A DNA stretch of 64,000 nucleotides from an uncultured Peptostreptococcaceae bacterium (GTDB taxonomy: Bacteria > Bacillota > Clostridia > Peptostreptococcales > Acidaminobacteraceae), in the NCBI GenBank assembly GCA_964511875.1, contig CAZEHS010000004.1, positions 5,028 through 69,027 of the forward strand, written 5' to 3'. The notes under the pieces are model-generated. The model was not told the origin of the DNA. It saw nothing but the letters and a program-made list of their open reading frames with translations, and did not search any database. Both the position numbers and the translations under genes were made by a program. Positions 58,187 through 64,000 of this stretch are shown in pieces (position 1 is the first letter of the stretch; each line of letters starts with the position of its first letter).

Positions 58187-59695
58187 ATGAATGAGGTGTT
58201 TATCGAGCTGAAGGGAATCACGAAATATTTTCCAGGCGTTGTGGCTCTCAAAGACATGTCTTTTCAGATACGACGGGGAGAGGTTCATGGGCTCATTGGT
58301 GAAAACGGTGCTGGGAAATCCACTTTGATTAAGGTTCTGACCGGTGTGCACAAGCCGGATCTGGGAGATATCCATATCGAAGGAAAGCGGGTTTCACTGT
58401 CAAACCCTCATATGGCTCAAAATGAAGGGATTGGCTGCGTATATCAGGAGCTGAACATCGTACCTGAATTAAGTGTTACAGACAATCTGTTCATCGGTTA
58501 TTACAAGCAGAAGGGAAAAAGCTTCTTACTTGATTATGAAATTATGCATAAGGAAGCGGCAGAACTTATGGATAGTCTGGGCGTTAAACTTGACCCTCGT
58601 ACGGCATGCGGCAGTCTTGGTATGGGTGTACAGCAGACAGTTGAGATAGGAAAATCAATACTGCGCAAATCGCGGCTGATTATAATGGATGAACCGACGT
58701 CCAGTCTTTCGGAAAATGAAGTCCGCCAGTTGATGACGACTGTTAGAATGCTTAAAGAGCAAGAAGTAGCAGTGATTTTTGTATCACACAAATTGGAAGA
58801 AATCTTTGAGTTGTGCGATGTCGTGACTGTCATGCGTGACGGTGAGCATGTCAGTACGACGCCGGTGCCTGAAATGACAAAGGAACGCCTAATTTCGGAT
58901 ATGGTAGGCAGAGAGGTTGGCAACCTGTTTCCGAAACAGATTGCAGCAAAAGGCGAAGAAATGATGAGAGTTGAAAACCTGAATGAACCTGGCGTATTAA
59001 GAAATGTCAGCTTCAAAGCTTACGGCGGTCAGGTTCTGGGCATTGCCGGACTGGTAGGTGCAGGCCGGACTGAAACACTGCAGGCAATTTTCGGCGTGGT
59101 GCCATATGAAAGCGGTGATGTATTCATTCGAGGTAAAAAAACTTCAATCCGACAACCATCGGATGCAATTACGAATAAGATAGCATTCTTAACAGAGGAT
59201 CGAAAACTGGAAGGTCTTATCCTGAATGATTCGGTGAATAACAATATTAATCTGGTAACACTGGATCGTGATAGGATTGGACACTTTTTCATGGATATGA
59301 AGAAGCATACAGCTATATCGCAGAATTTGATCAAAATCCTGCAGATAAAAACACCAGAGTTGCATACGCCCGTTGGAACCCTTTCAGGCGGGAATCAGCA
59401 GAAGGTCGTTATCGGCAAATGGGTGAATACAGATGCAGATATCTACTTTCTAGATGAACCGACACGTGGTATTGATGTGGGAGCGAAGGTGGAGGTCTAC
59501 CGTGTGATGAACGATTTGGCGGCGAAAGGGAAATGCATAATCATGGTTTCATCAGAGTTGCCTGAAATCCTGGGGATGAGCGACCGTGTGATTGTTATGC
59601 GCGGAGGCAGAATCATGGCTGAAATTGACCGCGACAGCGCACAGTTCAACCAGGAAGACATTATGAAAGCGGCTTGGGGAGGCACATTGGCATGA
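58187..59695 (+). CDS. Sugar ABC ATP-binding protein (duplicated ABC domains)
   Basis: GENGAGKST, LSGGNQQKV, DEPTRGIDVGA. Confidence 0.9.
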   Translation: MNEVFIELKGITKYFPGVVALKDMSFQIRRGEVHGLIGENGAGKSTLIKVLTGVHKPDLGDIHIEGKRVSLSNPHMAQNEGIGCVYQELNIVPELSVTDNLFIGYYKQKGKSFLLDYEIMHKEAAELMDSLGVKLDPRTACGSLGMGVQQTVEIGKSILRKSRLIIMDEPTSSLSENEVRQLMTTVRMLKEQEVAVIFVSHKLEEIFELCDVVTVMRDGEHVSTTPVPEMTKERLISDMVGREVGNLFPKQIAAKGEEMMRVENLNEPGVLRNVSFKAYGGQVLGIAGLVGAGRTETLQAIFGVVPYESGDVFIRGKKTSIRQPSDAITNKIAFLTEDRKLEGLILNDSVNNNINLVTLDRDRIGHFFMDMKKHTAISQNLIKILQIKTPELHTPVGTLSGGNQQKVVIGKWVNTDADIYFLDEPTRGIDVGAKVEVYRVMNDLAAKGKCIIMVSSELPEILGMSDRVIVMRGGRIMAEIDRDSAQFNQEDIMKAAWGGTLA

Positions 59696-60687
59696 AGAAT
59701 AAAAATTTAAAACAACTGATTGGGAAATTAGGCCCAGTGCTGGCCTTAATCATCCTTTGCATTATTTTGGCAGTGGCGACAAATGGGAAATTCATTTCAT
59801 GGAGCAATATCACAAACCTTTTAAGGCAAGTACCGATCGTAGCACTGATGGCAGCCGGAATGCTGATTGTAATTCTTACGGGAGGGATCGACCTATCTGC
59901 TGGGTCAGTATTGGCGCTTTCAATATGTGTAATGGGTGTTGCCATGAAGAATTTCGGAATTACAAACCCAATTATTCTTGTTTCCCTGGGTTTGCTAACC
60001 GGTCTCGGTTTCGGCCTTATAAACGGATTACTGCTCACGAAACTGCATCTCCCGCATCCGTTCATCTCAACTTTGGGTACCAAAGGGATTGCACGCGGAC
60101 TCGCACTCCTCATTACCGGTGCAACTGCGATTGGCGGATTTCCAAAACCTGTGTTATATATGGGGATGACCGATATCAATCTGGGAGCGATGAAGATCCC
60201 GTTCAGCTTCATTCTGGTGCTTATTACATGCATCATGTTCCAAATTTTTCTCGGAAGAACAGCTTTAGGCCGTAAGATATACTCCTTCGGTGGTAACAAA
60301 GAGGCTGCAAGACTGGCAGGAATAAATACGGATCGTGTACAACTGTTCTGTTATGCCGCTTCAGGATTCATGTGTGCGTTTGCCGGACTGATCTATGTGG
60401 GACGGATGAACTCAGCTGTGCCACTTGCTTCGTTGGAAGGTGACCTTGATGCCATCGCAGCCTGCATAATAGGTGGAGCATCATTCAGTGGAGGAAAGGG
60501 AACCATTTGGGGAACCTTAGTGGGCGCATTTATGATTACGGTTATCCGGAACGGCTGTAATTTGCTTGGGGTATCGAGTGACTTACAGCAGATTGTTATC
60601 GGTACGGTAATCGTCATAGCAGTGTTCATAGACGTAGTTCGTGGAAACGTGGAAGCTCGAGCCAAACGTTTGGCGGCAGCAGCTTAA
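59692..60687 (+). CDS. ABC permease (RbsC-type)
   Basis: ATGA start/stop overlap with the ATPase gene. GGIDLSAGS motif. Confidence 0.85.
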   Translation: MKNKNLKQLIGKLGPVLALIILCIILAVATNGKFISWSNITNLLRQVPIVALMAAGMLIVILTGGIDLSAGSVLALSICVMGVAMKNFGITNPIILVSLGLLTGLGFGLINGLLLTKLHLPHPFISTLGTKGIARGLALLITGATAIGGFPKPVLYMGMTDINLGAMKIPFSFILVLITCIMFQIFLGRTALGRKIYSFGGNKEAARLAGINTDRVQLFCYAASGFMCAFAGLIYVGRMNSAVPLASLEGDLDAIAACIIGGASFSGGKGTIWGTLVGAFMITVIRNGCNLLGVSSDLQQIVIGTVIVIAVFIDVVRGNVEARAKRLAAAA

Positions 60688-60720
60688 ATCGCCCTTCTCT
60701 TTTTTATATTCATATAGTGA

Positions 60721-60757
60721 AAAATCTGCCGCCCCCCCATCTGCGGTAGATTTTTTG
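60721..60757 (+). terminator. Intrinsic terminator of the ABC operon
   Basis: AAAATCTGCCGC-loop-GCGGTAGATTTT followed by TT. Confidence 0.6.
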
Positions 60758-61013
60758 CGTGGCAGATCCAGTGAGCGTGTAAACGATCTTGAAAAAGGAC
60801 GCTCACTTGCATGGTATGCTTCCGGTATAGAACGATGGGGTAATATGCACTCCCTGGATAGAGCACATGCGTACATTTGTATTTTTTTGAAATCGCCTCA
60901 AAAAGCATGGCTCTATCAAAACCCATTTCACAATACAATTTCTGATACTCATGAGCAATCTGATGTTTATTCATTGATTTGTCCTTTTGTTCTGTCATTT
61001 TTCTTGTAATACT

Positions 61014-61066
61014 AGAAAACTTGGCTTTTTATGTGCTTGCAGCCGCATAAAAAGCCAAGTTTTTCT
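61014..61066 (-). terminator. Long hairpin terminator after the secreted repeat-protein gene
   Basis: GAAAACTTGGCTTTTTATG / CATAAAAAGCCAAGTTTTTC. Confidence 0.65.
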
Positions 61067-61075
61067 TCAGTCTGT

Positions 61076-62455
61076 TCAATCAATCTCCACTTCGAAATCG
61101 ATGTCCATATGTTCGCCATTCTCAAACTGGAAAGTCAATTCTGTATCCCCATCACCAAGGGACTTCAGATAATCGTCAAATAGGGTTACTTTATCACCGG
61201 CATTGTTGATGCTGTAGTCTTCGTCTTCAATCAGCTCTTCATCATCATTCATGATACCCTTGAGGGTGTGCCCATTCAAGATTAAGTCAATGTTGACGTC
61301 AGTAACAGCTTCAAGAGAGTCAAAGTCAGCTTTTTCAGGATTAAGGACTGCGTCTTCCTCGTTATCCTGATCTTCGTCCTCATTTTCGCCCAGTGTGATT
61401 TCAAAGTCTTCTTTCACAATGTCCCCATCTTTCGCGAATACGAATTCAAGATCGAGTTCTTCATCATCCTGAGCTTTGATATAGTTCTTCAGGATGGTGA
61501 CCTCATTGCCTGCCACAGTATAATCGGAGGGTTTCACCAGATCCTGAATCCCCTTGAATTCATAACCGTTGAGGGTCATTGTGACAGTGACGTCATCAAC
61601 GTCGTCCATAGAAGCAAAAACAATCTCGTCAGGATGGATCGAGGGCTCATCGGCTTCCTCATCATCCTCCGCGTAATCCAGGATGATCTTGAAGGATTTC
61701 AGCACCACGTTGTCCGCATTGTCTTTAAATTCGAACGACAGGACAGTTTTCTCAGCCATCAGGTCGCTGATGTACCCTTCTTTGATGGTGACCTTGCTGC
61801 CATCCACGGTGTAATCAGTGTTTTTATTGAGGTCTTTGATCCCTTTAAAAGTAAAATCGTTCAGAGTCATGTTAACCAATACATCCTTAATGTCAGCCGA
61901 GTCCTCAAAGGAGACCTTTGACGGCACTAGTTTCGGTCCGTCTTCAATATCGATCTTGCCGGTTTGGCTGTCATGGCTTACCCTCAGGCCGAAGGTTTCA
62001 GCAATGAACCGCAGGGGCACATAGGTACGGTTATTGTGCAGGCCCGGTCTGACATCGATGGTTACTGCTTTCTCATCTACAGTCACAACGCCAGTTTTCA
62101 AATTGAATACGATGATATTGTCACTGTCAGGGTGAGTGATTGTGACGGTCATATCTGTGCCGTTCCATGTCACGGTCCCGCCCAAACCTTCAATGATTGC
62201 CCGTACTGGAATTAAAGTGCGGCCGCTCTTGATGACTGGCGGGGAGTCGAATTTGATCTCATGGTCATTCATTCTTACCCGATGCTCATCGATTTCTGTG
62301 AAGTCCATTAGCTCATTATCATCGTAGGAATCAGATGACCTATACCATTCATCATGATTCCTCTGATAACCGTCCTCGTCTGCGAATACTGGAATAGCAA
62401 GAGTCAGCAGCAGAACGAAGACCAGAGTCAGACAAAAGCCCCGTGTTGATTTCAT
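61076..62455 (-). CDS. Secreted protein: copper-amine-oxidase N-terminal-like domain plus three acidic tandem ~90-aa repeats
   Basis: Signal peptide MKSTRGFCLTLVFVLLLTLAIPVFA (AGGGAGGAA RBS at the 62455 start). GRTLIPVRAIIEGLGGTVTW...NRTYVPLRFIAETFG is Cu_amine_oxidN1-like. Confidence 0.75.
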   Translation of the reverse strand: MKSTRGFCLTLVFVLLLTLAIPVFADEDGYQRNHDEWYRSSDSYDDNELMDFTEIDEHRVRMNDHEIKFDSPPVIKSGRTLIPVRAIIEGLGGTVTWNGTDMTVTITHPDSDNIIVFNLKTGVVTVDEKAVTIDVRPGLHNNRTYVPLRFIAETFGLRVSHDSQTGKIDIEDGPKLVPSKVSFEDSADIKDVLVNMTLNDFTFKGIKDLNKNTDYTVDGSKVTIKEGYISDLMAEKTVLSFEFKDNADNVVLKSFKIILDYAEDDEEADEPSIHPDEIVFASMDDVDDVTVTMTLNGYEFKGIQDLVKPSDYTVAGNEVTILKNYIKAQDDEELDLEFVFAKDGDIVKEDFEITLGENEDEDQDNEEDAVLNPEKADFDSLEAVTDVNIDLILNGHTLKGIMNDDEELIEDEDYSINNAGDKVTLFDDYLKSLGDGDTELTFQFENGEHMDIDFEVEID

Positions 62456-62941
62456 GTTAAGTTCCTCCCTTTTGTGTAGACGTCCAAATGGACGGCAACT
62501 ACAATGCAATTGTTCTCGCCAAATTATGCATACCCACTACTGTAAATATGAAACCTGACTTGAGAAGATGAAACACAAACATAATATAACCAGGTTTTGT
62601 TTTGGGTTTTTGTTTGTCCTCATTCAAGACAAGGTAAATATGTAAATGCAGCACTTGTATAGAAATATCGCCAGGATCAAGTGCATCCGCAGAACGTTGT
62701 ATATTTTTCCGAAGCACATGATTAGCCTGTTATTTGCAAAGCGGAGGAAATCGGCCAGTTTATTGCCGAAGAAAATATCGGCGTTTTACAATGTGACTCC
62801 ATGGTGCCTTTAATCCAGAGTACTGCTGGTGGATACCGGTCGCCCTTAAAAGATTCCAGTCCTTAAACACTTAATGGGAAGATGGTATGGAAATTGCATA
62901 ACAGTTAAGCGTTCATGAATCTATCACACTTGGAGGAAACG

Positions 62942-63934
62942 ATGATACTGCCTGAAAAAATCAGCTTGGCCAACTTGCCGACCCGCATCGATAAGTTTGA
63001 GCGACTCACAGAAACACTGGGTGGTCCTTCTCTGTATATAAAGAGGGATGATCAGACCGGGACGGAAATTTCCGGCAACAAAATCCGCAAATTGGAATTT
63101 GCGATAAAAGAAGCACTGGATCAGGGATGCGACACTCTGGTCACCTGCGGTGGATTGCAGTCCAACCACGCCCGGGCCACGGCAGCGGCGGCTGCCCGTA
63201 TGGGTTTAGGATGCGTATTGCTGCTGGCGTCGGATATTTCGGTGCCTGCACAGGGAAACCTGCTGATGGATCACTTGCTGGGTGCGGAAGTACGGACTGT
63301 ATCATTTGAGGACTTTGCCCAAAGGCGCAGTGAAATCATGCAAGGTATCCTGTCGGAGCTGGTTATCAAGGGGAAAAAGGGCTACCTGATTCCTTTGGGA
63401 GCATCCAACGGCATAGGCACATTCGGCTATTATTCCTGCATGGAGGAAATCGCAGAACAGGAAAAAACACTTGGCTTTCAGTTCGACCGTATCGTTATGG
63501 CCGTAGGTTCGGGAGCCACTTATGCCGGACTTTTCTATGCCAATCGGGCGATGGGGCGGGATACTTCAATTACTGGGTTTAACATTTCGGCAGATGGAGA
63601 CTATTTCAGAGAAACAATTTTCGACATCCTGCAGGAAGCGTTTCAGTACACCGGAGAGCCGGTGACTTGCAGTGCGAAGGATATTGACATCATAGACGGT
63701 TATGTCGGCCTGGGATACGCTCTGAACCAGCCTGCAGAACTGCAGTTTATCAAGGAACTGGCGGCTCTGGAAGGAATAATACTGGATCCTGTCTATACAG
63801 GAAAAGCATTCAGGGGCTTAGTGGAGGAGATTAAGAAGGGGAGCTTCAGAACAGACGAAAAAATCCTGTTCATACACACTGGAGGGCTCTTCGGGGCTTT
63901 CTCCAAATTCGCTGAATTCGAAATGGTGATATAA
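62942..63934 (+). CDS. D-cysteine desulfhydrase/ACC deaminase-family PLP enzyme
   Basis: LYIKRDDQTGTEISGNKIRKLEF (PLP-lysine motif), GGLQSNHARA. GGAGG RBS before the ATG at 62942. Confidence 0.8.
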   Translation: MILPEKISLANLPTRIDKFERLTETLGGPSLYIKRDDQTGTEISGNKIRKLEFAIKEALDQGCDTLVTCGGLQSNHARATAAAAARMGLGCVLLLASDISVPAQGNLLMDHLLGAEVRTVSFEDFAQRRSEIMQGILSELVIKGKKGYLIPLGASNGIGTFGYYSCMEEIAEQEKTLGFQFDRIVMAVGSGATYAGLFYANRAMGRDTSITGFNISADGDYFRETIFDILQEAFQYTGEPVTCSAKDIDIIDGYVGLGYALNQPAELQFIKELAALEGIILDPVYTGKAFRGLVEEIKKGSFRTDEKILFIHTGGLFGAFSKFAEFEMVI

Positions 63935-63974
63935 TTCAAGATACATTCAGAAAGAGGATTATGGAGGCGGCGTC

Positions 63975-64000
63975 ATGAAAAAGAGGATTGCGGTCATAAC
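63975..64000 (+). CDS. Start of an unidentified gene (partial, runs off the window)
   Basis: GGAGG RBS 6 nt before ATG. MKKRIAVI... Confidence 0.3.

Noticed and set aside
59661-60299. 212-aa minus-strand ORF
   Set aside because: It lies entirely antisense to the well-supported ABC permease gene, so it is a shadow ORF.
60684-60998. 104-aa minus-strand ORF whose N-terminus (HQIAHEYQKLYCEMGFD...VLYPGS) looks faintly like the start of a small methyltransferase-type protein
   Set aside because: The distal two-thirds runs through the ABC operon terminator and is low-complexity. At best it is a short gene remnant, and I cannot support a family call.
1-64000. Scan for CRISPR arrays, rRNA genes, reverse transcriptases and large ATPase/nuclease defence genes
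   Set aside because: No regularly spaced short direct repeats were seen. No rRNA-like stretches were seen. No ORFs had RT, Cas, helicase-nuclease or toxin-antitoxin signatures.

Overview
This looks like a Firmicutes-type chromosomal accessory region: AGGAGG-type ribosome-binding sites, sigma-54 promoters, YesM/YesN-type sensors and a Cu-amine-oxidase N-domain protein. No rRNA genes, CRISPR arrays or intact tRNAs were seen.

Contents in order:
1. 1-7.9 kb: a prophage-like remnant with a cI/Cro-type switch, excisionase-like HTH, replisome organizer, DnaC-like loader, late-gene activator and a small tyrosine recombinase. It has no structural genes and is visibly more G+C-rich than the rest of the window.
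2. 8.6-24.7 kb: an AraC-linked catabolic locus. It joins a ribose-type ABC importer to a multi-subunit flavin/iron-sulfur opine-oxidase/HcnABC-like dehydrogenase, then an RmlD-like reductase, a DegT aminotransferase, a galactokinase-family kinase and an MFS transporter.
3. 24.8-32.3 kb: a decayed island holding an HD-GYP fragment, a PAS fragment, a truncated PucR-like gene, a tRNA-Ser 3' fragment, an integrase C-terminal fragment and a MerR pseudogene. Intact genes here encode a cupredoxin, a hydrolase, an alcohol dehydrogenase, a flavodoxin and a HEAT-repeat protein.
4. 32.5-40.2 kb: a frl-like fructosamine (Amadori compound) operon.
5. 40.5-49.3 kb: an HD-GYP gene, a sigma-54 two-component system, and ortAB (2-amino-4-ketopentanoate thiolase) with a convergent NhaC-like transporter.
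6. 50.9-60.7 kb: a three-component sugar sensor with inositol-dehydrogenase-like and isomerase genes and a second ribose-type ABC importer.
7. 61-64 kb: a secreted repeat protein and a D-cysteine desulfhydrase-family gene.

The most unusual signal is a four-copy family of ~130-nt non-coding repeats with two hairpins and compensatory stem substitutions. One copy sits between a shared enhancer palindrome and a sigma-54 promoter. I cannot identify a clear novel defence or effector system from the sequence alone.
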